The position numbers and the translations under genes are program-made. Below the pieces are notes generated by a model that made no database searches, had not been told where the DNA came from, and saw nothing but the letters and a program-made list of their open reading frames with translations. Below are positions 28,601 to 36,890 of a stretch of 64,000 bases of DNA, one piece after another. This stretch comes from an uncultured Bacteroidota bacterium (GTDB taxonomy: Bacteria; Bacteroidota; Bacteroidia; Chitinophagales; UBA2359), in assembly GCA_937907475.1 (NCBI GenBank), contig CALCIK010000228.1, forward strand, positions 5,050 to 69,049. The letters are read 5' to 3'. Positions within the stretch are counted from its first letter, which is position 1; each line of letters begins with the position of its first letter.

Positions 28601-31600
28601 GTACTGAGAAAGGTTGATATGGGTTCCGTTGCCGGCTGATTGGCAAACGAAGCCATAAGACTCAACTTGTACATCCTCGGGAGCATATACTTGAAGAGCT
28701 TCTGTATCACTCACTTGGCAAGAACCTGTACCTACTGTGTAAGTAATATAAACTACTTGAGTAGTACCGGGAGAAGTGTACATATTACCACTAACTGTAC
28801 CTGCTGTTGCCGTAAACGTACCACCTGTGGTCGTTTGAGGAGTTAAGAAGGTAGTAAGGTCAAACGTTTGGTTAGTACATACGTAGCTGGGAAGGTCGAA
28901 ATCAGCATTTGCTTGGCTCACTACCGTAATAGTAAAGGTAGTAGAAGCAGTACATGTAGTTCCGGCTTGACCAATTGTGTAAGTTACTGAAACTGTTCCG
29001 GGAGTACCGGTAGCTAAGAGCACACCACCGACAACTTGACCTGAAGCACTAGAGCCTGTAAACACACCACCTAATGAAGATGATCCGTTTACATATTGGG
29101 TAAGGTTGGTGATAGAGCCTGTACAAACTGTACCATTAGTTGAAACAGCAACAGGAGTATTTACTACTGCTACTTCCAAAGAATAGGTATCAGAACACAA
29201 ACCGTTAGCTTTTGTATAGGTTAAGGTATATAAACCTGTAGCAGTACCTGCAGTAACAGTAACTTGATCACCTACGACAGTAACTACACCAAGTAAAGTA
29301 CCTGACCATGTTCCACCGGTTTCAACAGGTGTAAGCGTATAAGTAGAACCTGTGCATACAGTTTCGGGGAACGAGAACATTGCACTAGGTTGACGATGAA
29401 TAGTTAACGTAGCACAAGACTGTCCACCACCGCAAGTAGGATTGGTACCTACATTGTAGCAAATAGAAACAGGAATTGAGTCATAACTACCGTTTGCAAT
29501 AGCTGTAGCAGCATCGCAGTCAGCCTGAGCAGCGTTAGCATCAGCAATAGCGGTTTGCCAAGCTGTAAAAGCGTTTGCAGCAGCAGTTGCCAAAGCAACA
29601 TCACCGGGGTTGGCAGTAGAAGCAGCGGCAGCAGCAGTGTATGCAGCCTCGGCAGCAGTTTCAGCAGCAGCAGCAGCAGCAGCTAAGTTGCAAGTAGCGG
29701 TAGCAATGGCGGCAGCTTGAGCAAGCGTAGCATCACGAACACCACATACATCAATAATGTCACCACTTACAAACTGATTGAAGTCAACCAAACCGTTGAT
29801 TACACCGGCGTTGCCAAATTCAGCATAGAACTCACCACCATTCAAGTTAAAGCCTGGAGCGAATGTACCTGAAATCATAGAAGTTAAATCAAACTGACAA
29901 TCGTCATCTTCTTCACAAACTTCAGCATTTACTAATTCAGGATCAAAGCTTTCTACAACCCAGAATGATTGGTTGTCAACACCGTTACAGTATTCGCCAT
30001 TCACCAATTCGCAACCGTAGATAACTTGCTCAATTTCGACTTCACTGATTTCTTCTAAGTCAGTAGCATCGAATGTCCAGTTGCCATTACCTTGATAGTA
30101 AACACCACCGGCAAGTTCGCCATCACCATCCACTAAACCATCACCATTTTGATCATAAGGTAAAGGCAATTGGAATGGGTTAGCAGAAGCATCCAAGAAC
30201 TCGTGTGTGCGAGCTTTGTATTCACCAACAGTATAGGTAACTGTAACAGAAATAGAGATATTCCAGTTAGCACTGTTTGAGTTTAATGTCAAAGTGAAAG
30301 GTAAACCTTGGCACTCGTTAGAAATTAAACCACCTGCACGAACGATGTCGCACCAGTCAAGAACAGTACTGCCGTCGGGAGTCATATAACCGGGAACAGG
30401 AAGACCTGTTGCGGGGTCAATGAAACCAGATTCTAAACCGAAACTGTGAATAATGGTAGAGTTACCGCAAAGACCGGTACCATCGCCATCATTGTTATCG
30501 TCTGAACCATCGAAAGCATCCATATCTTCAATGTTGTTCAAACCAAAGTGGTCGTTACCGCCACCTAAACCTGAACTACCAACAGCATCGGGGTCGTTTC
30601 CGGGACCTACGTTCGGGCCGCAAGCACCATCACTCCATGACATCACAGAGATTGCACCACCGGGACCGGCAGTAACGTTCAATGAGTTGATATCACCTTG
30701 TGAAGTAGGTTGTGTACCTTGGTAAGCAATAGAGATTTCCAAGTTTTCGATGATTGCTTGGTCGGGGATACCGGCAAAGGTAACGGAAACGCTTTGTGTA
30801 CCGGGAGCTGCAAAAGCAGGTGAGGTAGCAGAAAGTGTTTGAGTTTCGATTAGCGGACCAACGCAAGAAAGTACATCCAAATCATGAGCACCATATAATT
30901 CGATTAGCGGAGTAGGTTGTACTGCACATCCGTTGGGTGTGGGTAAATCAGGACCGCCTGTTACATAGAAAGGATCGTTCAGCGTAGGATCTACATCGAA
31001 ATCACCATCGGTACCGGCACCTTCGCAGATGATCGGGCCAAGTTCGTCGTTGCAATTCCATGAAGCTTCGGGAGCTACTTGTACGGTAATTACTGCATTA
31101 TCGCAGAATTCGCAACCGATAGCAGCATCGCCACCACAATAAGTAACGTTAAATACTTGTGTTCCACCGGGGCCGGTTGTAACTGTAACTTCAGCACCTG
31201 CAATAGGGTTACCGTTAACCGTAAATACACCACCTAAATCGGTAGCGGGGTCAAGTTGGGGAAGGTTGGGGAAGATGAACAAGAGGTCAATCAAATTCAA
31301 TACATCACCGGTTACTTGGCAAAGCTCCAAATCTTCGCCCAATTGTGGGTCAAAGTCGGGATATACCTCAATAGCAAAAGGATAAGTAGTAGGACAGTTT
31401 GTGTAACCAACAGTTACGTTGATAACGTGTGTTCCTACACCTGCTACTGCGGGATCAAAGGTAGCCGAACCGGTACCGTTGTTAAGGTCGGTTACACCGG
31501 GACCACTCCAACTGATATAGTCGTTCAACTCGTTAATAGTGTTACCAGGATCAAGTCCTTGAAGTCCGGCAGCCGTAAAGTCGGCAGCGATATTGGCGAT

Positions 31601-32998
31601 ACCATCAGAAACCAACGTTTGAACATCACCGCCTACGCAGATAGAAGTCAATACGTTAGTTACTTGAACATCAGTTATAGAGAACACGGGTAATACATAA
31701 ACTACTTTTTCGGTACAAGTTGTACAGTTGCCACCATTAAAGGTAATGCAATAAGTAATGGTATGACGACCGGGGCCTGCTACGAAAGGATCGAAAGTAG
31801 CGGTACCGTTAGCACCATTGACAATAGCACCTGCAACGGGGAACGAAGCAAATGTACCGAAAGCGGGAGCTAAGGGGTTGGTGGTGTTTGCATCGGCAAA
31901 CAAGGTAAGGATGGGATCATCTTCACACATTGTGCCACCGTCAATGCCGTCAAATTCGGTATTGGGAGTATCAAAGTTGCCTTCAGCAGCTACAATACAA
32001 CCACTTGCATCTTGTACAAGCACTTGCCAAGGTTGGTTTGCGTTTACTAAGAATGGGAAAATACCACCTAATACAGCGGGATCCCAAGAAATACCAAACG
32101 GATCAGCACCAAAGTCAAAAACATCACCTTGAGCAAGGAAGCCGTTAGCAAGACCGGGGTAGTCAAAACCGCCAACTGCATAAATGCCTACACCCATAAT
32201 TTTGTAGGGGCCTAAGCCACCGCCAATACTTACGGAAGTAGTAGCTTGCTCAACACCGGTAAAGGGGTCGGGCGTACCAAGACAGTTGTAGCCCAAACCA
32301 TCGGGTGCAAGTACATCTAAGGTACAGGTAGCCAAAGAAGGAGCACTTGCTTGTACATTGACGGTGAGGTTTGCACCATAGAAACCTTCGCCACCACTAA
32401 AGGGGCCGATAGTAACCGGATAAGAACCGGCAATGGGTTGACCGTTAGCATCTACGGGCACAACAGCAGAAAAGTCAATGTTAGCCAAGACTGAAGCAAA
32501 TGAATCATCGCCGTTGACTGTACAAGCTATTCCTGTTTCAAATTGGAACAACTCGCCGCAGTCATTTTCCCATGCTTCAAAGCTAAAATCGTAGCCCGCT
32601 GCCAAAGCTGTACCTACGTTGTCTCCTACATTAATCAGTGTAAGCCCGATAAGGTCTTCAAGGGGAACACCAAGATTGTAGTTAGCAACATAGCTGCCTG
32701 TGTTAGGCATTGCGTCGGGAGGTAGCGGATAGGCGTTACCGCCTACAATAAAGCCAAATTCACCGGGAGATTCCGATGAAAGCGGAATACCCGCACAAAC
32801 ATTTAAATCTAAGGCACAGTCAGCTTCCGGATAATTCCATGTGAGGTTAGTGACATTCACCCCAATGATGTAATTAGCGGTAGCCGGCTGAGCAACAAGG
32901 TTGGTAGTATAATTACTACCGATGACGAATGCAAAAAGGAGGGCAAAAAGATATTTTGCCCCTGCACGCCATGTTTCCGTCCGTACTGTTTTTTTCAT
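22685..32998 (-). CDS. Giant T9SS type A-sorted surface protein (~3437 aa): Ig-like repeats, two lamin-tail-like domains, Big_9/cadherin-like domain
   Basis: Signal peptide from ATG 32998 (MKKT...LVAQ). Repeated C..DL...GG.F modules. LTD-like ISEVEYD..EYVEV.A.EGTDL and LSELHY..IEISAPAGTDL. NDFAAT...PANG...FTYIPNPGFVGTDAITY. KWTTASEVDNDFF domain. CTD VFPVPA...IYNVTGQLV...GTYFLTI...KFVVE. Confidence 0.9.
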   Translation of the reverse strand: MKKTVRTETWRAGAKYLFALLFAFVIGSNYTTNLVAQPATANYIIGVNVTNLTWNYPEADCALDLNVCAGIPLSSESPGEFGFIVGGNAYPLPPDAMPNTGSYVANYNLGVPLEDLIGLTLINVGDNVGTALAAGYDFSFEAWENDCGELFQFETGIACTVNGDDSFASVLANIDFSAVVPVDANGQPIAGSYPVTIGPFSGGEGFYGANLTVNVQASAPSLATCTLDVLAPDGLGYNCLGTPDPFTGVEQATTSVSIGGGLGPYKIMGVGIYAVGGFDYPGLANGFLAQGDVFDFGADPFGISWDPAVLGGIFPFLVNANQPWQVLVQDASGCIVAAEGNFDTPNTEFDGIDGGTMCEDDPILTLFADANTTNPLAPAFGTFASFPVAGAIVNGANGTATFDPFVAGPGRHTITYCITFNGGNCTTCTEKVVYVLPVFSITDVQVTNVLTSICVGGDVQTLVSDGIANIAADFTAAGLQGLDPGNTINELNDYISWSGPGVTDLNNGTGSATFDPAVAGVGTHVINVTVGYTNCPTTYPFAIEVYPDFDPQLGEDLELCQVTGDVLNLIDLLFIFPNLPQLDPATDLGGVFTVNGNPIAGAEVTVTTGPGGTQVFNVTYCGGDAAIGCEFCDNAVITVQVAPEASWNCNDELGPIICEGAGTDGDFDVDPTLNDPFYVTGGPDLPTPNGCAVQPTPLIELYGAHDLDVLSCVGPLIETQTLSATSPAFAAPGTQSVSVTFAGIPDQAIIENLEISIAYQGTQPTSQGDINSLNVTAGPGGAISVMSWSDGACGPNVGPGNDPDAVGSSGLGGGNDHFGLNNIEDMDAFDGSDDNNDGDGTGLCGNSTIIHSFGLESGFIDPATGLPVPGYMTPDGSTVLDWCDIVRAGGLISNECQGLPFTLTLNSNSANWNISISVTVTYTVGEYKARTHEFLDASANPFQLPLPYDQNGDGLVDGDGELAGGVYYQGNGNWTFDATDLEEISEVEIEQVIYGCELVNGEYCNGVDNQSFWVVESFDPELVNAEVCEEDDDCQFDLTSMISGTFAPGFNLNGGEFYAEFGNAGVINGLVDFNQFVSGDIIDVCGVRDATLAQAAAIATATCNLAAAAAAAETAAEAAYTAAAAASTANPGDVALATAAANAFTAWQTAIADANAAQADCDAATAIANGSYDSIPVSICYNVGTNPTCGGGQSCATLTIHRQPSAMFSFPETVCTGSTYTLTPVETGGTWSGTLLGVVTVVGDQVTVTAGTATGLYTLTYTKANGLCSDTYSLEVAVVNTPVAVSTNGTVCTGSITNLTQYVNGSSSLGGVFTGSSASGQVVGGVLLATGTPGTVSVTYTIGQAGTTCTASTTFTITVVSQANADFDLPSYVCTNQTFDLTTFLTPQTTTGGTFTATAGTVSGNMYTSPGTTQVVYITYTVGTGSCQVSDTEALQVYAPEDVQVESYGFVCQSAGNGTHINLSQYLPSGSGVLNGGTFTMGTVAPFISEVEYDASSNAMEYVEVMAAEGTDLSDYAVYFYRRANSADNTEYGNVDVDGGVNTGKASGRLYGIMQLNYEVGNVPNGVRQPDPLYHTDYRGVVVANGGTSYNWHPDGEPDGAPIDDVDVISDNVTVAASNGIAYGAVAFDPIIDVQAGPAGLALVNIRQAAWRLGYTNAEFDAMQAGSLDFLHFLTREIDWRNNDDVVQFVGYGIDANTNLGIFSACNGPAATMVSIDLGVIDNGGNSRSIQFTNACWQVPNVTDPQLAYDDTAPYSTFQGNAAGQSGGTGGNAGVINFGLSALGGDDYYYNYIAPNGDVFKIERLCWQLFAVGQNVGQNTNHQNGCKFNGYTPFEIEEFEVDDQPGGLSNLDEEIVHFNCSNPVYTIPFAYQVPPTSTSCGSTEGIFYLTVLMDIEDQWSAPEVPVCANSDDFSLTDLINDEVHYIQPYTRTGSFEASVDTTFEENMPAPYLSELHYQWYAQYGVSQIGTAQNSVASNAADDHCILYNFYSGLNTPNNSDDSYNQLWICEGIEISAPAGTDLSCYQLAFFKEEVLPNTVANGIGVNVTYVGPDGLLHLTNVAQNSFMQLYGIVDEDNTNPPAGTILYAPTFNNYVFGGNNSNASGVPYYAGFTPSPIGVNPTQWFGLGNEPTTGGLFEDVNNNGLYDAGDVALDATDFPWERANECSDGAGVGSRWFPIVNMPDNVGGVGLWNKCTGELLEFISWGGQLCVEDKEGFSLATGPFEQLTSTVIDTSQNTSSLGDQRTLQLVHCNQLPAEYQNLCGDDGLVWVLVYNGGAFTIPGTGVETGILEDFAYSNSIGYYNCTADADWFNDRYTFSLDLTGNTELPNDAVITSHTVVVTIGTGNAGDFQVYTYTVNSGNCNSSTVQSGTTGDWDIHDDTNWNSNICNIGDLSWAYTPGEICQNCANVLDNACIRGEFIDAFPYQLGNGGDNNVDYQGQPYGYNFDCNEPFTPSPTDELSAPGIQDLNDGLWETAFFDGNGEDALDNDCYVGECTGTAKTTYTVSNLSAYIYEGNVIQFQEDTCRNLIVEPSTFNVSIRVIINYRQCTPTGNFYTNLDQGGASQHAPSFGSNMTNGPVTLNTEDWDNPYWTLSPEWLYTNDIMDVEVNYNTTNYNQIEADDVTDDLACLDIANQTVRQQEVTILPGSNASFSVASVSACTGDVIDLAALASPAGGTFSNGSGSFNATTAGTFSVTYTVNAGTACADSDVLTIVVEQSGSVNTSGIPTSVCSLSSISLPAATWSGSGVSGNTFTPSGAGTYTLSYSAGSSSCGVSGNVTINVLEPISVSESISQDDCASSNQYTVTLTISGGSGSYTVNGQAVAGNTYVGNYPSGDTYTLIVDDSGVCSSVVATGTSECPAQCAADAGTLSLLQSGLVCAPDGLTAFVSGNNTAAGYAGIFVLTNNATGLVSQTSLSGNFPFVSESGQYQVWYANLCLAGFPGGLPAITPGATSVSDIIAIVGSVPAGVIDVAGPITVDVVNDIVIEVTPVCDDVLGGYVLQVRISGGAPQYNGAGSYGVVPDPTNSFDFFWDADATANGYVEGTITNGEATPFNAGQVVAVSVTSDGSLCSAAVTLTIPDVDCGLGAGNDFAATLVDEPINFNVLGNDYGLGIQVINVIQPANGSIIWDAAGNFTYIPNPGFVGTDAITYEIQNQFGYTSTATVVLTVGSVGAPLNVVWDRECINNNTEYTVFVNILGGTAPFTVTGDYNGTINSNTSFSFTKSDGDPFFVTVLDAAGAIKTIDENPEACSKVAVTIVSYTGTVQNNGNFLKWTTASEVDNDFFTLEHSTDGVTYKVIANVDGAGTTSLTNNYDFLHTNAPAGLSYYRLSTTDFNGNVENHGVVTLVRGQVGFGFVNVFPVPARETLNVNFSAVANASVRMDIYNVTGQLVATQAVDALSGMNNVSVDVKAYAVGTYFLTINNGTEVATIKFVVE

Positions 32999-33264
32999 GT
33001 TAAACAATTTTTATTCGGGAATTAGTTAACTTTTTTTCGTAAGTTAGTGATTAAAAAATAATTAAATTAAATTTGTGTGTGTGTGCTTTGCACGCCTTTT
33101 CATCATACGGCGCAAAATTAAAGAATTTGCTTCAATTTTCGCACCACTTTTTTATTCGGAATGCAAAGTAAAGGAAGAAATTTTGATTTTGCGATTATTA
33201 TGAACAAAAAATGTACAATTAGCATCGTTTTTTGGTTAAGAAAAAACTGTTCCTGATGTCGGTT

Positions 33265-33738
33265 CTATTTGCAATTTTGGGTAGCAGTGTCGAACATACT
33301 TTTGATGAGATTTTTTTCATCGTTGGTAAGTCCCATTCCTGTATCTTTCATCACCGTGTCAAGTTCTGAAGTAACTTTATCTCGACAGGTTTTGACTTCA
33401 CTGCTGCTTCCCTTACAGGCGCAATATTTACCGGATATCATGTCAGCAAATTCCATTATTCTTTCTTGACGCACAAGCGGTTCACTTGCTTTATCCCTGT
33501 CTTCGGCTGCTTTAATGTCTTCGGCACTTCGCAGTTGTTTAACCGACCCATAATCTGTTTTATAGGTACCGGTATCGCCGGCTTCTATAGATTGTCCGGG
33601 TTTCTGCGTGTGCTCGCCGACTTTATTGTTTTCTTTGCCTTGCGTTTGAGTATCAAGCACCTGCTTGTTACTATTACACGAAACAAGGAAAAACAGCAGC
33701 AAAGCAGTAAAAAGCGATAGAACAAAGTAATGTTTCAT
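33265..33738 (-). CDS. Lipoprotein with a four-cysteine C-terminal helical domain
   Basis: Lipobox LLFFLVSC; YCAC...C...CK C-terminus. Confidence 0.72.
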   Translation of the reverse strand: MKHYFVLSLFTALLLFFLVSCNSNKQVLDTQTQGKENNKVGEHTQKPGQSIEAGDTGTYKTDYGSVKQLRSAEDIKAAEDRDKASEPLVRQERIMEFADMISGKYCACKGSSSEVKTCRDKVTSELDTVMKDTGMGLTNDEKNLIKSMFDTATQNCK

Positions 33739-33852
33739 AACGGTAGTGGGGAACATGAGTAACTGAGTGTTGTGAAATTCTGAAATGAGCAGTTAATTGT
33801 TTTTACATTTTCGGGCCATCCTGGCAAAATTACTTAGAGTTTAGACACCTTT

Positions 33853-33891
33853 GGGGAGTATTGAACGGCAATAATGCCGTTTAATACCCCC
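33853..33891. terminator. Hairpin terminator between lipoprotein genes
   Basis: ggggagtattgaacggca-ataa-tgccgtttaatacccc. Confidence 0.6.
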
Positions 33892-33917
33892 TTAAAGATG
33901 TTAGCGCGCACGTTGGA

Positions 33918-34094
33918 CTATTGTCCGGCCTTTGTCGTATCAGCCTTCATTGCCGAAGTATCGGCAGCTTCGGTGGTCGTCGTGGTCGTCGTAGTCGTAG
34001 TCGTTTCTTCTGTTTTAGCGTCAGCAGGTTTGCTTTCACCACTACAAGCAGCAAAAAAAGCAAGTGCTGCGAAAACAAGTAGTAATTTCTTCAT
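33918..34094 (-). CDS. 58-aa poly-Thr small lipoprotein (absent from the ORF track)
   Basis: MKKLLLVFAALAFFAAC-SGESKPADAKTEE-T11-EAADTSAMKADTTKAGQ*; clean lipobox and A-rich start. Confidence 0.85.
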   Translation of the reverse strand: MKKLLLVFAALAFFAACSGESKPADAKTEETTTTTTTTTTTEAADTSAMKADTTKAGQ

Positions 34095-34137
34095 TGTTGG
34101 TTGTTTTTAAATTTATGATAAATATGGGTAGGACAAT

Positions 34138-34482
34138 TTACTTGCAAGACTTAGTACCTTCGTTATAAGTGGCTTCAAAAGCATCTTTTTCCGCTCCTTT
34201 CAACACTGCCGTAATTTGGTTTACGGCTCCTAATACTTGCTCTTTACACTCTTTTCGCGAGGTCTCAGCTGCGCGTTCAGTACATTTACAATATACGCCG
34301 GCAAGTTGTGCGGCTTGATTAACAATATCTTGCGCTCTTTTTGCCCTGTTGGAAGTAGCAATGGAGTCGACACTACTCACTTTCGGCTGCTCTTTTTGTC
34401 CTGATTTATCCCCTTCCTCGCTGCAAGCACTATGCAACACAACCATCAACACAAATGCACTTAAAACTATTATTTTCTTCAT
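34138..34482 (-). CDS. Lipoprotein with a four-cysteine helical domain (paralogue of 33265-33738)
   Basis: MKKIIVLSAFVLMVVLHSAC lipobox; YCKC...C...EK...CK C-terminus. Confidence 0.75.
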   Translation of the reverse strand: MKKIIVLSAFVLMVVLHSACSEEGDKSGQKEQPKVSSVDSIATSNRAKRAQDIVNQAAQLAGVYCKCTERAAETSRKECKEQVLGAVNQITAVLKGAEKDAFEATYNEGTKSCK

Positions 34483-35007
34483 CAATACTGTTACTTGTTT
34501 CAATTCGGGCTGCAAGATACGGCCTTTTCCAATCAATGCGTGCATCTGCCCTTATCTTATTTCGTTTTTATAGCGTCTTAATAAATGAGATTGTTTTTAT
34601 TTAAGCCCTTTTCGGGTGCAAAGCTAAATACAGTTTTTGGTTATTCAGCAAACATTTTCTAAAAACAGCGTTTTTTTTACAAATGGCTTACTTATTTGGA
34701 CGACTTGTTGCCAAGCATTTAATTTTATAAAACGATACGATACCTTACTAATTCGTCTTGCTTTAGCAACTTTTCCGGCGTTGATTGACGTAATCTACTA
34801 TATGCAGCGACAAATTCGTTCATTTTTTTTGCAGAATGGCATACACAAACATTAAACGGCAATATAAGTGCCAACCTAATGAAATTGACGCTAACCGCTT
34901 GATTTACACTGCTTGCTTACCCACCCTTACCTAAGCAGCAACTTATCATATATATATTCCTGCGTAAAGGAAATTAAAAAGTTTACCTTTGCCGCCAAAA
35001 TACCGGT

Positions 35008-36282
35008 TTGCAAAACAAGTCTGCGATTCTACGTTTATTTGCCGCCAACACCATTTCAGGAGCTGCACAAGGTATCAGCATGTTGGCCGTACCTTGGTAC
35101 TTTGCCGATGTGTTAAAAGAAATTTCGATGTTCAACGCCATCTATGCCATTGCAACGTTCACTTCTTTGTTTTGGGGCTTGTATGCGGGCACACTTATTG
35201 ACCGCTACAGTAGAAAAGGTATTTTTTTGGCCGAAAACATGATCGGTGCTTTCGTACTGTTGAGCATCGCGCTCACCGGATTTATTTGGGGGCATCTGCC
35301 CATACCTTTGGTAGCGTTGGTATTTCTAACCACTTTTTTCAACTACAATATACACTACCCTGCTTTGTATGCCTTTGCTCAGGAAATCAGCAGCCGCGAG
35401 GACTACTCCCGTATCACTTCTTATCTTGAAATACAGGGGCAATTTACCAATGCCGTTGCAGGCGGGTTGGCGGCAGTTCTCTTGAGTGGCATTCCAAAAG
35501 GTGCTTTGGACTTTGCAGGCTATACCTTATATATACCGTTTGCCATCGAAAAGTGGAGTCTGCAAAAGGTATTCCTTCTCGATGGGTTGACCTATCTGCT
35601 TTCGTTCCTGCTCATCCTGACCATTAAATATACCCCGCAAACCAATAGACATGCCGAAAATCTGACTTTGCGGGAGCGTTTCAAGATTGGCATCGGCTTC
35701 CTTAAAGAACATCCAATCGTCTTGCTATTCGGCAATATTTCTTATTTCGTCTTTGTAACCACAATGGTGCTCAATTTTGTGCTCATGCCTAATTTTGTAA
35801 AAAATTATCTCCATGCCTCAGCCGATGCTTATGCCATTGGCGATGTGGCGTTTGCAGTAGGGGCTATCGTGGCGGGCATTTTTGTGGCTAAACTTTTTTC
35901 GCAACAGGCCACTGTTAAGGGTAGTATCTTGATGGCTCTTTTTTCGGCATCGGCTTTCGCCATTTTGATGTACAACCGTCAGGTAGGCATTTTCTACCTA
36001 ATGGCTTTTATATTGGGACTTGCCAACGCCGGTGCCCGAATTATGCGGGTAACCTATTTGTTCAATCATATTCCCAACCAAATTATTGGCCGAACCTCCA
36101 GCGTGTTTCAGGTGGTCAATGTGCTGATGCGTTTCGGTTTCATCGGATTGTTATCGGGAGCGTTCTTTGTCAGTCATATTCAATACTCGTTCCTCATCAT
36201 GTCCCTCCTTTGTGTTTCTTCGGCCTTAGTATTAAGCCTCTTTTATAAACGCTTGGTTGGTTTGGGAGGGGTTAAATCTTGA
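35008..36282 (+). CDS. MFS transporter
   Basis: About 12 TM helices, GTLIDRYSRK motif A; TACCTTTG promoter box at 34984. Confidence 0.88.
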   Translation: MQNKSAILRLFAANTISGAAQGISMLAVPWYFADVLKEISMFNAIYAIATFTSLFWGLYAGTLIDRYSRKGIFLAENMIGAFVLLSIALTGFIWGHLPIPLVALVFLTTFFNYNIHYPALYAFAQEISSREDYSRITSYLEIQGQFTNAVAGGLAAVLLSGIPKGALDFAGYTLYIPFAIEKWSLQKVFLLDGLTYLLSFLLILTIKYTPQTNRHAENLTLRERFKIGIGFLKEHPIVLLFGNISYFVFVTTMVLNFVLMPNFVKNYLHASADAYAIGDVAFAVGAIVAGIFVAKLFSQQATVKGSILMALFSASAFAILMYNRQVGIFYLMAFILGLANAGARIMRVTYLFNHIPNQIIGRTSSVFQVVNVLMRFGFIGLLSGAFFVSHIQYSFLIMSLLCVSSALVLSLFYKRLVGLGGVKS

Positions 36283-36417
36283 GACTTGGGATTTGAGACG
36301 TAAGACTTTAGATTTGAGACCTTAGACGTTAGATTTGAGACGTAAGACGTAAGACTTTAGATTTGAGATGTTAGACTTGAGACTTATCACTTATCACTTG
36401 CCACTTACCACTTATTA
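36279..36417. repeat. Degenerate heptamer array (TTAGACx/TGAGACx, then CTTATCA)
   Basis: ttgagac, taagact, ttagacg units; same family as 9438-9645. Confidence 0.8.
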
Positions 36418-36529
36418 CTTGGAGTTGCACAACAACAGACTTTACACGAAAATAAACGGGCAGGCAAAACCGGTAAAAATGCCTGCCATGATGTTTTTGG
36501 CATCCACCGGCAGGGTAGATGCATCGAAT

Positions 36530-36830
36530 TTTACGGTTGACAAAGCCCCCTTGTCGGTTGACAATTTGATAAAACAGGGTGACAATGCTTCATTGCAGAG
36601 GCGTTTTATCAAAAAACAAAGGGAACAAAAACCCTTGCAGGTGGGATTTGACCCAAAACAGGGTGGCTTTGCTTCATTGCAAAGGCGTTTTCTGATAAAA
36701 CCGGTGGGTTAAAAACTTTAACAGGGTGGATATTTTTAAAAACAAAGGGGACTATACTCCATTGCAGGGGTGTTTTGCTTCTTTGCGGGGGGACTTTGCT
36801 GCTTTGCAGGGGTGCAAGGCGTTCTTGCAA
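36530..36830. repeat. Degenerate repeat with 21-bp-multiple periodicity
   Basis: aacagggtg recurs at 36573, 36657 and 36720 (spacings 84 and 63); gcttcattgca.aggcgtttt occurs twice. Confidence 0.55.
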
Positions 36831-36890
36831 GGATGCAATTTTGACTTCAAAACGCTATAAACTATGGAATAATGCAGTAGCCGATAAACC

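Noticed and set aside
23129-32725. Numerous short ORFs overlapping the giant gene and other long CDSs
   Set aside because: Alternate-frame or antisense shadows with no recognisable motifs or start signals.
33874-34110. 78-aa plus-strand poly-Val ORF
   Set aside because: Antisense shadow of the poly-Thr lipoprotein at 33918-34094.
36368-36830. ORFs 36368-36712 (+) and 36609-36830 (-)
   Set aside because: They are translations of heptamer and 21-bp repeat DNA with no protein-like motif.
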